Shown: positions 50,892 through 60,761 of the stretch, one piece after another | Position numbering within the stretch: position 1 is the stretch's first letter | Layout: every line of letters begins with the position of its first letter | Origin: Hormoscilla sp. | GTDB lineage: Bacteria; Cyanobacteriota; Cyanobacteriia; Cyanobacteriales; Desertifilaceae | Reading direction: 5' to 3' | Assembly: GCA_051439505.1 (NCBI GenBank) | Contig: JBFRWI010000145.1 | Coordinates: 1 to 64,000 of the forward strand | Length of the DNA: 64,000 nucleotides | Made by a program: the position numbers and the translations under genes | Notes under the pieces: generated by a model | The model's database searches: none | Told to the model about the DNA's origin: nothing | The model's input: only the letters and a program-made list of their open reading frames with translations

Positions 50892-52235
50892 ATGAATCAG
50901 TATGAAAAAGGGATCGAGAAATTGGCCATAGTCAGTGCAGCGATCGCGGCGACGACCAGTTTGTCATTAATGCTGCCAGCATGGAGTAAGTCGGGACAGG
51001 CAGTTCTAGAGGATAGCCCCAAAACAATAGTAGACGAGAGCTGGCAAATTGTCAATCGGGAATATGTCGATCCGACATTTAATCAAGTAGATTGGCAAGA
51101 GGTGCGCCACAGTTTATTGAGTAAAGAATATACGAGCAAGAAACAGGCTTATGCGGCAATCCGGACAGCGTTAAAAAAGTTAGATGACCCCTACACTCGC
51201 TTTTTGGACCCCGAGCAATTTCAAAGACTAACTGAGCAAACGTCGGGGGAAATGTCAGGAGTGGGCATGAGTTTAGAGTTCGATCGCGAAACCAAAAGCA
51301 TTACTGTGGTCAAACCCTATGAGAATTCTCCTGCAGGAAAAGCAGGGATCCAAGCGGGCGATCGGATATTGGCGATCGACGGCAAATCAACGGAAAACAT
51401 GAGCTTGAAAGCTGCGGTTAAGCTGATCCGGGGGGAAGTAGGGACGGAGGTGACTCTAGAACTGTCACGACCGGGTCTAGGTATATTTGAAGTAGAACTG
51501 ACGCGGGCAAAGATAGAAGTCCCGGCGGTCAATTATGCCCTGAAGCAAGAAGGAAATTTACGCATAGGTTATATCCGCTTGTCGGATTTTAGTTCCCACG
51601 CCGCCGAACAGATGGAGCGATCGATCTCGGATCTCAAAGAGCAACAGGTGGATGGTTTTGTGTTAGATCTGCGAGGTAACCCTGGAGGTTTGTTGCAGGC
51701 GTCAATTGAAATTGCTCGGATGTGGATGGATAAAGGTGCTATTGTCAGCACTATAGACCGTGATGGAAACAGGAAAGCTCTCCAAGCTAATGGCAAAGCT
51801 CTAACCTTATTACCTTTGGCGGTGCTTGTCAATGGGAATTCGGCGAGTTCTAGCGAGATTTTAACAGGGGCTTTGCAAGATCATAAACGCGCTCAGGTGA
51901 TCGGTACTCAAACTTTTGGCAAGGCTTTAGTGCAAGCGGTACATACCCTCTCGGATGGCTCGGGGTTGGCGGTGACTGTGGCTCATTATTACACGCCGAA
52001 GGGAACGGATATTAGTCAAACTGGCATTACTCCCGATATCGAGATCGAAATGACAGATAAGCAGTTGCGGCGCTTGATCCGAAACCCCAGGTTACTCGCT
52101 ACTCAGCAAGACCCTCAGTATGCAAGGGCGATCGCCACTTTAACGGCAGAAATTGCTCCCAAACCTTTGGCAATTAATGAGAGTATAAATCAACCCGTCC
52201 ATCCGAATATATTGAAAATCACCGGTCACGAATAA
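50892..52235 (+). CDS. ctpB: S41 carboxyl-terminal processing protease (CtpB-like)
   Basis: DPYTRFL, PDZ, LDLRGNPGG, SASSSEIL, TFGK. Paralog identity within CtpA/B/C is tentative; an alternative ATG is at 50835. Confidence 0.8.
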   Translation: MNQYEKGIEKLAIVSAAIAATTSLSLMLPAWSKSGQAVLEDSPKTIVDESWQIVNREYVDPTFNQVDWQEVRHSLLSKEYTSKKQAYAAIRTALKKLDDPYTRFLDPEQFQRLTEQTSGEMSGVGMSLEFDRETKSITVVKPYENSPAGKAGIQAGDRILAIDGKSTENMSLKAAVKLIRGEVGTEVTLELSRPGLGIFEVELTRAKIEVPAVNYALKQEGNLRIGYIRLSDFSSHAAEQMERSISDLKEQQVDGFVLDLRGNPGGLLQASIEIARMWMDKGAIVSTIDRDGNRKALQANGKALTLLPLAVLVNGNSASSSEILTGALQDHKRAQVIGTQTFGKALVQAVHTLSDGSGLAVTVAHYYTPKGTDISQTGITPDIEIEMTDKQLRRLIRNPRLLATQQDPQYARAIATLTAEIAPKPLAINESINQPVHPNILKITGHE

Positions 52236-52725
52236 CAGAGAGGAGGTGAACGAGTTCGGGTAAAATGAGCTGTTCGAGGGCAAGTTTGACTGCACCGGTA
52301 GAACCAGGAATTGAAAAAATGAGCTTGGACTGATATACTCCCGCACAGGCGCGAGAGGCGATCGCCCTCGAACCAATTTCTTGAAAGCTAGCGGCGCGAA
52401 ACAATTCACCAAAGCCGGGCAATTGTTTTTCGAGTAAACCTTCAATGGCATCATAGGTAGTATCCCTGGGGGCAATACCCGTGCCCCCATTTAAGATGAG
52501 AGCATCTAGGTCCGGGCGACTGCATAACTCTTGCACCAGGGCTTTAATTTGGGCGGGTTCGTCTTTTAAGATCCTGTAAGCCGCGATCGCATGTCCAAGT
52601 TCTTCGAGTAACTGTTTAATTAGCTGACCGCTGCGGTCCGTTTCGGGCGTGCGGGTATCGCTGACGGTAATCACAGCACAATTTACCGTCATTCCAGGGC
52701 GATCGGGGTGAGGTAATAAGGTCAT
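52219..52725 (-). CDS. moaB: MogA/MoaB molybdopterin biosynthesis protein
   Basis: VITVSD, DRSG, NGGTGIAPRDTT, PGFGELFR, PGS. Confidence 0.88.
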   Translation of the reverse strand: MTLLPHPDRPGMTVNCAVITVSDTRTPETDRSGQLIKQLLEELGHAIAAYRILKDEPAQIKALVQELCSRPDLDALILNGGTGIAPRDTTYDAIEGLLEKQLPGFGELFRAASFQEIGSRAIASRACAGVYQSKLIFSIPGSTGAVKLALEQLILPELVHLLSVIRDR

Positions 52726-52816
52726 ATTTTCGTTCGTAGTAAGCGCGAAGAGCGCTTTCGCCGTGTGACTCGTTCCCAGGATCTGACAGGGAACGAGAGT
52801 AAGCAATTCATGACAA

Positions 52817-53155
52817 CTATTTAGATTTAGTAAAGCCCAGACCATGCTCCTCAGCATAGCGCTCCATGAAACGCATAAAACGGTCCCATGCTTCCTGGGA
52901 GTCCATCAGATAAAATGCTTCTATTGTTGCTGGCTGACCATTAACGAACTTGGCGTTCACCTCCCGAGTTATCAGTTCGCCCTCTTCATCAATCATATAC
53001 ATACCAGTAACTTCTTGGGTGTTGCCTTCTTGAAACACTGTGGGATTTTCAAAAATGAACTTGGCCGTACTGCTGCTGCCCCTCTTTGCACGGGTGAGAC
53101 CCACTTTCGGTACATCTGTTTCGGTAATGCCTTTGGAAAACTGAATTTCAGCCAT
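52817..53155 (-). CDS. psb28: Photosystem II assembly factor Psb28
   Basis: MAEIQF.KG..E...P.V.LTR...[20 protein letters not shown]...[12 protein letters not shown]. Confidence 0.95.
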   Translation of the reverse strand: MAEIQFSKGITETDVPKVGLTRAKRGSSSTAKFIFENPTVFQEGNTQEVTGMYMIDEEGELITREVNAKFVNGQPATIEAFYLMDSQEAWDRFMRFMERYAEEHGLGFTKSK

Positions 53156-53231
53156 AAGTAACAGGATTTTTTTGCGGATAACTTAACATTCTCTTAATTG
53201 TAAGCTAACTTGCGCTTCTCTTCAAATATTC

Positions 53232-53425
53232 GAGCCAGGACTAAAAGGCGGGACTTAGCCACCGGTGCTTGTCAGGGGTCGAGCGCCGGTCCCTAGCCAA
53301 CCCAAAGTGCATTTTCCTCCTTCCCCGGGGCCAGCGATCTACCGGTAATCACTCTCACCCCTCAATGCGCTCGTTGACAGAGACTGCCAAGGAGAGTTAA
53401 GCAGTTATGTCTCTGTTGACAGACC
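53232..53425 (-). ncRNA. Candidate structured RNA or leader upstream of psb28
   Basis: GC-rich non-coding island with stems CAGAGAC/GTCTCTG and ACCGGCGCT/AGCACCGGT; family not identified. Confidence 0.4.
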
Positions 53426-53843
53426 TCCCAAACAAGAGGAAGCATCCTCTCGAGCGATCGCAGTAGCGCCATCATCTGCTAAACTCTAAATAGCGTTCCT
53501 GTGAAATTATGCAACATTCTCAGAGTCTCGTCAAACCGCTACGAATGATAGTCTCAAAGCAGTGTTAGATGCCTCCACCCAAACCTGTTCTGGATGTTAG
53601 GTTTATTTATTTATATATACCTGCCTACTTAATACCATTTTATAAAGACAAGGCTACAACTACAATTATTTTAATCTTTAATCGTGATTTTATTAGTCGG
53701 TTTTAACCGACTTTAGCTATTAGCCGGGGGTTTGAACCCCCGGCGGGCTGACAGCGAAGTGAGAGAACTTTCGCAATTGTAGCAATATTTTTTACAAATC
53801 GTATAACCCGATCGCCCATTATTGAATATCCTTCTCTTCTAAA

Positions 53844-56594
53844 TCAGTCGCCGATATATTGCTTGACCAACTTGAGAATTTTGTCAATTTCAAACTCTGA
53901 CGCTAATTCCAGGAACTGACTAGCAAAAGGCGCGTATTGTTCGTCCAACTCTTTAATTCTATTCGCTTCTACTTCCACCTCTTCAATGTCACCGATCCGC
54001 GCCGCCTTAAACAAAGCCTCCAGTTCTACAGTCGGCGGCACCACCATTTCTGCGGTCTCAATAGGGGGCGACTCTGTTGTTTCTTCTATCTTATCATAAA
54101 TCCAATCCAATTGCAAATATTCCTGTAATTTTGATAGCAACAGATCTGTTTCGACAGGTTTCGGGATAAAATCATTACATCCAGCCTGGATGCATTTCTG
54201 CTGGTCTGATTCAAACACGCTAGCGCTAGTAGCAATCACTGCTACTTCCTGAAACTCACCCTGCGATCGCAGATGCCGAGTCATTTCCAAACCATCCATT
54301 ACAGGCATTCCCACATCAGTGATAATCAAGTCAGGTTGAAATGCCGCTGCTACTGCTAAACCCTCTTCTCCATTAGATGCCTCGGCGATCTCAAATCCCA
54401 TTGGGCCTAGGATATTTATAAATACTGCCCGATTTAAGGGGCGATCGTCTATCACGAGAATTTTTCTCCTTTCCCCTTGAAATCCTAAAATCTGAGAAGC
54501 TGATTTAACGGCAGCAGAGGCCACCTCTGTTCCTGACCCTGACAACTCTACATCAAACCAAAACCTGCTTCCTTCCCCCAAGCTACTCTCCACTTGGAGT
54601 TTACTACCCATCATCTCAACTATTTTCAGACTAATAGCTAATCCCAAACCCGTACCTTCAGCTTTACGCGAACTTTCTCCCACCTGTTCAAAGGGCAAAA
54701 ATATCTTCTGTAATTGTTCCGGCGTCATCCCCACTCCCGTATCTTCCACTTGGAAGCGGAATTTTACTAAATCTTTCTCCTCTCTTTCCGACTCTACTTG
54801 CTGCTTTTCTAGTACCTTAACTATTAAACTCACTCCCCCTTTGTCTGTAAACTTGATCGCATTCCCCAGCAGATTAATCAAGACTTGCCGCAGTCTTTTT
54901 TCATCCACCTGAATAGTCTTAGGGAGATCCTTTTCTGCTTCATAAGTAAAATCTATGTCCTTTTGCTCAGCCTTAATTCGGCAAATTTCTGCTACCCCCG
55001 TCAGCAAAGAAAGAAAATGCACCTCTGCCGGGTATAGCTCCATTTTCCGGGCTTCTATTTTCGACAAATCTAATATATCATTAATTAACGTCAGCAGATG
55101 AGAACCGCACTGATGAATGATCCCAATGCCTTTTTTCTGCGATCGGGTAGCATCTTTGTCTCCCTGCAAGATTTGCGCGTATCCCAAAATGCCATTCAGG
55201 GGAGTGCGGAGTTCGTGGCTCATATTTGCCAAAAATTCGCTCTTCGCCTTATTAGCAGCATCCGCTGCCACTTTCGCCTTTTCCAATTCCTGAGTGCGTT
55301 CCTTTACCTTTACTTCTAATGTATTATTAGCTGTTTCTAATTGCACGTTAGCTATTGCTAATTGTGAGTTAATTATCTTTAATCTTCTCAGATTATAATA
55401 GTTCGTGCTCAAAATCGACGCCGTTGCCAGAGCTAGGAAAGGGGCAAACACTGGCACTACCCAGCCTGCTAAAAATACTACATAGCTGCCACCCAGCAGA
55501 GATACACCTGCTAGGAAAATAAACATAATTGTCGCCAAAGCGTTTTTACTGAATAGCTTTAAATGTAGCAGCTTCCAAGTCCCCCCAGCCCCGATAAAAG
55601 AGCAAAGCAAAATCCACAGCCAACTTACTTCGTTACTTGCTCCTCGCAGTAGCTGCCGCCCGGCGATCGCCCCACGCAAAATCATGCTAGTCACATTAGC
55701 ATGAATCACTACACCCGGAGTTCGCTTAGCCTTATTCCCACTGAATAGTTTACTACTGTAGGGACTGTAGAACAAGTCGTTCAGACTCGTCGCTGTCGCC
55801 CCAACGAACACTATCCGATCGCGCATCAGTCCTGGTGGTATTCTATCTTCCAGCACATCTGTCATCGACACAGTCTCAAAGCGATCGATCGCTCCGACAT
55901 AGTTCAACAATATTTGATAGCTTCTTCCGACAATATCTTCCTTTCCATAGCCTCCCTCCTTTCCCTTCAGCGGGACAAACACAGCTTTCCCCAATCCATA
56001 TATATACTTGTCAGCATCTATAATATCCAGGCTAATGCCTTCAGCTTCCAGATACATCAAAGCCAGCTTCACCCCTAGTCCTTCTAAGTTTTCGACTAGC
56101 ACGAATGCCCGACGCACCTTCCCATCTGCATCCAGGAGCAAATCCGCTGCCCCCACCTGACCTAACTCTTTCAAAATCGGAGGTGGGGCTATTTTATTCC
56201 CACCTGCTTTCTCTACGCCAACCAGGTTCGGTGTTGTCTTGAACACCTCCTCCAATTGAGCATGTCCCGGTTCTACTGGTAAATCTCGATATATATCCAG
56301 ACCTATCCCTCTGGGTTGCTGGCTTTTTAGCTTCCCCAGCAACTCAGCTAGCACCCGATCGGACATTGGCCATTGTTCTACATATTTTATATCCGACTCA
56401 TCTATCGTCACGATCGCGATTCTTTCGGATACTGGTTCTGTCGGACGCATGCGAAAGAACTGATCTCGGATACCCCACTCCAGTAGGTGGAACACTCCTG
56501 TCATGCTCCCAGCTATGACTACAGCTGCTACGCTGGGAGCAATCTTCAGGACTGAGCGCCATTGGACGATTTCCTTTTTCAGCCTTTGCCACAT
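53844..56594 (-). CDS. CHASE2 hybrid sensor histidine kinase/response regulator
   Basis: CHASE2 ([15 protein letters not shown]), TM helices, [14 protein letters not shown], HATPase, receiver domain. Confidence 0.93.
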   Translation of the reverse strand: MWQRLKKEIVQWRSVLKIAPSVAAVVIAGSMTGVFHLLEWGIRDQFFRMRPTEPVSERIAIVTIDESDIKYVEQWPMSDRVLAELLGKLKSQQPRGIGLDIYRDLPVEPGHAQLEEVFKTTPNLVGVEKAGGNKIAPPPILKELGQVGAADLLLDADGKVRRAFVLVENLEGLGVKLALMYLEAEGISLDIIDADKYIYGLGKAVFVPLKGKEGGYGKEDIVGRSYQILLNYVGAIDRFETVSMTDVLEDRIPPGLMRDRIVFVGATATSLNDLFYSPYSSKLFSGNKAKRTPGVVIHANVTSMILRGAIAGRQLLRGASNEVSWLWILLCSFIGAGGTWKLLHLKLFSKNALATIMFIFLAGVSLLGGSYVVFLAGWVVPVFAPFLALATASILSTNYYNLRRLKIINSQLAIANVQLETANNTLEVKVKERTQELEKAKVAADAANKAKSEFLANMSHELRTPLNGILGYAQILQGDKDATRSQKKGIGIIHQCGSHLLTLINDILDLSKIEARKMELYPAEVHFLSLLTGVAEICRIKAEQKDIDFTYEAEKDLPKTIQVDEKRLRQVLINLLGNAIKFTDKGGVSLIVKVLEKQQVESEREEKDLVKFRFQVEDTGVGMTPEQLQKIFLPFEQVGESSRKAEGTGLGLAISLKIVEMMGSKLQVESSLGEGSRFWFDVELSGSGTEVASAAVKSASQILGFQGERRKILVIDDRPLNRAVFINILGPMGFEIAEASNGEEGLAVAAAFQPDLIITDVGMPVMDGLEMTRHLRSQGEFQEVAVIATSASVFESDQQKCIQAGCNDFIPKPVETDLLLSKLQEYLQLDWIYDKIEETTESPPIETAEMVVPPTVELEALFKAARIGDIEEVEVEANRIKELDEQYAPFASQFLELASEFEIDKILKLVKQYIGD

Positions 56595-56597
56595 AGA

Positions 56598-57557
56598 TTA
56601 AAACTGTTCTGCGATCGGCTGGGACGCTACTGCTTCTAGCCCCACCTGTTTTAATAGATCTTCCCACTCCTTAACTAAGGTAGCATTTCCCGGCTGGGCT
56701 AGTCGCGCTGAAGCTAGCACTTCCAGGGTCTCGTACCATACCCCCAACTTGCCATACAACACCGCCCGATCGATCGCCGTCATGGATGTTTTCTGTTTAT
56801 CTTCTGTTGGGGCATCCACTCGCTTAATCCATCCACTCACCTCATAACTATCTGGCCGCATAATCTCTCCTTTCTCAACCATCACGAAATGCCAGATATA
56901 GTTTTTGCCCTTCTCTAATGCTGGTGCCTCCTTCGGCAATGTGAAGCTCACCACTCCCCCTTTACCCGCTATTTCAAAGCTTGTTTGGTAGTGATGATTC
57001 CTGTTTTCATCTTGCAGGCTAAAAAACACCTGTTTGGCTCCGATGTGAGGCACATAAACAAATATTGTCGGATGTCCTGCCACTGTGTGCCCCATCTTTG
57101 TCGATGGAATTAGTGGGATAACTTGCCTCAGTTCATCACTTCGTACTCCTCCTCCTGCCGTTTCATATTCTCCTGCCCCTCCTTGATTTGGTGCGGCAAA
57201 TGTCACCCCGTTCCGTACTCCTCCTCCTGCCGTTTCATATTCTCCTGCCCCTCCTTGAGCTGGAGCGGCAAATGTCACCTCCCCTCGCGTTCCTCCTCCT
57301 GCCGTTTCATATTCTCCTGCCCCTCCTTGAGCTGGAGCGGCAAATCTCACCGCACCCCGCACTCCTCCTCCTGCTGTTTCATATTCTCCTGCGCCTTCTT
57401 CAGCTGGGGCGACAAATCTCACCGCGCTCCCCTCTCCTGTTTGTGCCAAAGCTGGCAATATCCACGATCCTGATAGTGCCAGCGGTATAGCTAGGGCGAT
57501 CGCACCCAGCCGGCGATTCATTTTTCGGTTCTGTTTATTCATCATCTCTGACCTCAT
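56598..57557 (-). CDS. DUF928 protein with signal peptide and four tandem repeats
   Basis: GHTVAGHPTIFVYVP...GWIKRV...GVWYETL...W..LL.QVGL. Confidence 0.88.
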   Translation of the reverse strand: MRSEMMNKQNRKMNRRLGAIALAIPLALSGSWILPALAQTGEGSAVRFVAPAEEGAGEYETAGGGVRGAVRFAAPAQGGAGEYETAGGGTRGEVTFAAPAQGGAGEYETAGGGVRNGVTFAAPNQGGAGEYETAGGGVRSDELRQVIPLIPSTKMGHTVAGHPTIFVYVPHIGAKQVFFSLQDENRNHHYQTSFEIAGKGGVVSFTLPKEAPALEKGKNYIWHFVMVEKGEIMRPDSYEVSGWIKRVDAPTEDKQKTSMTAIDRAVLYGKLGVWYETLEVLASARLAQPGNATLVKEWEDLLKQVGLEAVASQPIAEQF

Positions 57558-57987
57558 TTAATGAATTGTTTTTTCATTCTACAACATCTTATCCCACTCC
57601 CACCTTTAGCCAATCTTTATTTTCTGCTAGTTGCCGTTTCCTGTTTATTCTATCACTTCCACCCCCTGCTGACAATCTTGGCAACCAATGTTATCTAGAA
57701 CACATTCCCTATGCACGATCATTTATTGTTGATATTAGAGAATATGTAGCTAATGAAGAAGAACTACTTAGCACCTCCAGAGAATAAATAAGTATTTTTG
57801 TTGAGTTCCACATTCGTAATTTCTATCAGAAGAGCGCTCCGTCCCCTGGGATGCCGTCACAAGTAGTCCCCTTAGGGCCTTTTCGATCGCCGGTTACCAA
57901 TTCTGCAAGTCCTACCGCACCGGCGTCGGGCTTTGGCTCCCCCTTAGGGCCTTTTTTCGATCGCCGGTTACTACTTGTGGGGGTTTG

Positions 57988-58057
57988 AGCCATTAGCCAT
58001 TAGCCATTAGCCATTAGCCATTAGCCATTAGCCATTAGCCATTAGCCATTAGCCATT
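57988..58057. repeat. Heptamer short tandem repeat (AGCCATT)10
   Basis: Directly visible. Confidence 0.9.
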
Positions 58058-58065
58058 AGCATTAA

Positions 58066-60600
58066 TTACAGCCAATTGCCTACCAATACAAATGGTGCCC
58101 AGAAGAAGGGATGATTATAGCGGCGGTCCTTTAAAAGGGCCAGTTGAGCTGCACGCAGGGCTTGAGCTTTAGTAATATCGCGCTTTGTTAACTGTCGGTA
58201 AAACTCAATCATCAGCTCAGCAGTAGACTGATCGTTGACAGACCACAGGGTTGCTAGGGTACTGCGGGCTCCCGATCGCACGGCCATGCCAGCCAATCCC
58301 AGGGCCGCTCGACTGTCTCCATCGGCGGTTTGACAGGCACTGAGCACCAATAATTCGATCGGGCTAATCTCCTGTTGTCCTCTATTTTGCAGTAGCCGAT
58401 CGAACTCTTTAACATTTATCCGCCCGTCCCAGGTAAGCAGAAAAGTTTCATCTGGGTTAGAGGAAAACTGACCGTGGGTGGCCAGGTGAACCACAGAAAA
58501 GTCTACTGCTTCAATCTGATCCTGGAAGCTTTGACTGGTAAACTCTCGATCCAGCAATACCTCAGAATCTATTTTCTCGGAAATTTCCTTCACCTCCAAC
58601 TCTACCCCTGGCAAGGCAGAAAAACCGCTGCGGGCCTCCGTCAGTCCCACCGTTAATGCTTTGATTTTGTTCTGTGCCAACTTTTCTGGTTCCAGCAGTT
58701 GCAACCCACTGCTCATAGCGATACTGTATTTCTCGATCAGATATTCTTGACCGTCGTAAAGGGCTGCCATCGGTAAATTCTGCAAGAAACCATCTAGTAC
58801 GAACACTAGGGTTTTCACATTATGCTTGGCTAGATCCACCTCAGCGGGTCGGATCAGCCAGTCATATACTTGCTGGGAAAGCTGTAAACGCCGATCGCCA
58901 TCATAGGCTAGGTGCAGAGAAGAGTATAGTTGCTTGAGGGTACTGTCCACCGACTCACTGGATGTGGCGTAGCGATCGAGAGTGCCATCTGGCAGGGACA
59001 GGATTACTTCTAACCGGTCTGGCAGCAGGATCGGATAGATGACTGCTGCTGTTGCATCCACTTCGTCCAGCAGCACTGGTTTTGTTTCTAAACAAGCTTC
59101 TTGAAAGAAGTTTTCTAACTCCGCCAGTTGCAGGGCTTCTATCACTTCCCGGGCTTGCTGGAGGTCTGCTTGACTCGAATCGGATCTCAACAGCAGGCTG
59201 ACAAGCTGCCGATATACTGGTTCGACAGTTTCCTTAAAGTTAAACTGCACCTCGGGGTTGATGGCTACTAAGTCACGACCCAGAGTTTCCAGAGTGTTAA
59301 ATGCCGTTTTGTAAGCCCCGATCGCTTCTGTTATCTCCCCTTCCTGCTTGAGAACTTGACCCAGTTGCCAACTAGCCCGGGCCACTATTTCGGCAGCATC
59401 GAGGTTCTGGGCTATTTTTAGGGCCTGTTCTGTCAGTTTTTGGGCATCAGACCATTGGGACTGCCGTGCATATAGGGAACCTAACTGATTGAGAGCATAT
59501 GCTTCCGCTTTGGCGTCCCTTATATTTCGTGCCTGCTGCACCCCCTCAGCCAGTAATAAACTCGTTTTGCGAGTATAATTCTCTGGCATTTTCATCAAGC
59601 TAGCGGCCATATTCACCCGGGCGTATACCGACGAGCGACTCTCTGGCAACTGGGACAAAAGGGACTCTATTCTTGGGATTAAAGCTGTTGCCTGTGCCCA
59701 CTGTGACATTTCCACTAGCAGACTCAGTTGGTTTAGCTGCGCTTCCACTCGGCCCATGGCCTCACCTGAGACCTTCGCCGCTTCCCGATAGTAAGCAAGC
59801 GCCACATCATATGCTTGTAAATCTCTAGCAATGTTACCAATGCTCAATAAAGTCCCACTGGTTTCCGCCCCTGCTCCTAAGGAGCGACTAATTGCCCAAC
59901 TTTGTTCTAAAATTTCCTTTGATTCAATTAAGTCGCCCACTACTTGCAATGCCCGTCCCAAACTCCGCAAGGCGGCTGCTTTCAGCAGAGAATCCGGTTG
60001 GCCTTGCAACTGCTCATTCACCTGCTCTAATTGTTTCTTCGCCTTCCGATACTGTCCTAGGGTTTGCAGGGCTTGGGCTTGGTTAATTTGGCTGCCCACC
60101 TTGCCCATTTCATTGCCCGCCTGTTCGTAGACTGCTTCTGCTTGGATCCAGGTCTCCAAAGCTGCTTGAGTTTGTCCCCTGGCTAGTTCTATATACCCTT
60201 TAGCATTCAAGCTTTGTGCTTCCAGGGACAGGCTCTGATTATCGGGCTGTTCTATATTCTCTAATATTTCCAGGCTGTTGGCGATCGCCTGCCCGGCCTC
60301 CGACCACCGTCCCAAATCTTGATAAGCATGGGACATATCTTTCCAGATCGACGCCGTTCTGAGGATATCTCCCTGTTCCTGGTATGCCTGGGCTGCCTGT
60401 TGCCAGACCCTCGTTGCCTCTGATAATTTCCCTACCTGATAGAGTTCTTTTCCTCGTGCCAACAGTTGCACTGCCCTCTGGGGAGCTACTGCTAGGGATC
60501 TCTGGGATACTGCTGGCACCACTGTCGTCACCAGCAAGAACGTCAGCAATCCTAATATTATGTTTAACCTTATCCTTTTTCGGGGCGATCGCCTGATCAT
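58066..60600 (-). CDS. TPR + CHAT (caspase-like) domain protein
   Basis: Signal/TM segment, TPRs, VHLATHGQF and VLSACQTA dyad motifs, WAPFVLVGNW. Confidence 0.93.
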   Translation of the reverse strand: MIRRSPRKRIRLNIILGLLTFLLVTTVVPAVSQRSLAVAPQRAVQLLARGKELYQVGKLSEATRVWQQAAQAYQEQGDILRTASIWKDMSHAYQDLGRWSEAGQAIANSLEILENIEQPDNQSLSLEAQSLNAKGYIELARGQTQAALETWIQAEAVYEQAGNEMGKVGSQINQAQALQTLGQYRKAKKQLEQVNEQLQGQPDSLLKAAALRSLGRALQVVGDLIESKEILEQSWAISRSLGAGAETSGTLLSIGNIARDLQAYDVALAYYREAAKVSGEAMGRVEAQLNQLSLLVEMSQWAQATALIPRIESLLSQLPESRSSVYARVNMAASLMKMPENYTRKTSLLLAEGVQQARNIRDAKAEAYALNQLGSLYARQSQWSDAQKLTEQALKIAQNLDAAEIVARASWQLGQVLKQEGEITEAIGAYKTAFNTLETLGRDLVAINPEVQFNFKETVEPVYRQLVSLLLRSDSSQADLQQAREVIEALQLAELENFFQEACLETKPVLLDEVDATAAVIYPILLPDRLEVILSLPDGTLDRYATSSESVDSTLKQLYSSLHLAYDGDRRLQLSQQVYDWLIRPAEVDLAKHNVKTLVFVLDGFLQNLPMAALYDGQEYLIEKYSIAMSSGLQLLEPEKLAQNKIKALTVGLTEARSGFSALPGVELEVKEISEKIDSEVLLDREFTSQSFQDQIEAVDFSVVHLATHGQFSSNPDETFLLTWDGRINVKEFDRLLQNRGQQEISPIELLVLSACQTADGDSRAALGLAGMAVRSGARSTLATLWSVNDQSTAELMIEFYRQLTKRDITKAQALRAAQLALLKDRRYNHPFFWAPFVLVGNWL

Positions 60601-60761
60601 CTTACCTTACATCCTTGCAATTAGCCCTAGTTATTGCCAATAATCTGTTGTCGATTCCCTTCTGGCACAGCAGCCACTAACTCTTCCCTTTTTATCGCTA
60701 CTTACTTATACTGCTGATGGGTAAACAATTGGTTAAGGTTTCCTAGTCCAATGGTTAAATA

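Noticed and set aside
57867..57972. Two ~31-bp direct repeats (TCCCCTTAGGGCCTTTTCGATCGCCGGTTAC) as a minimal CRISPR or att pair
   Set aside because: Only two imperfect copies next to a heptamer repeat, with no integrase or cas context; real but uninterpretable.
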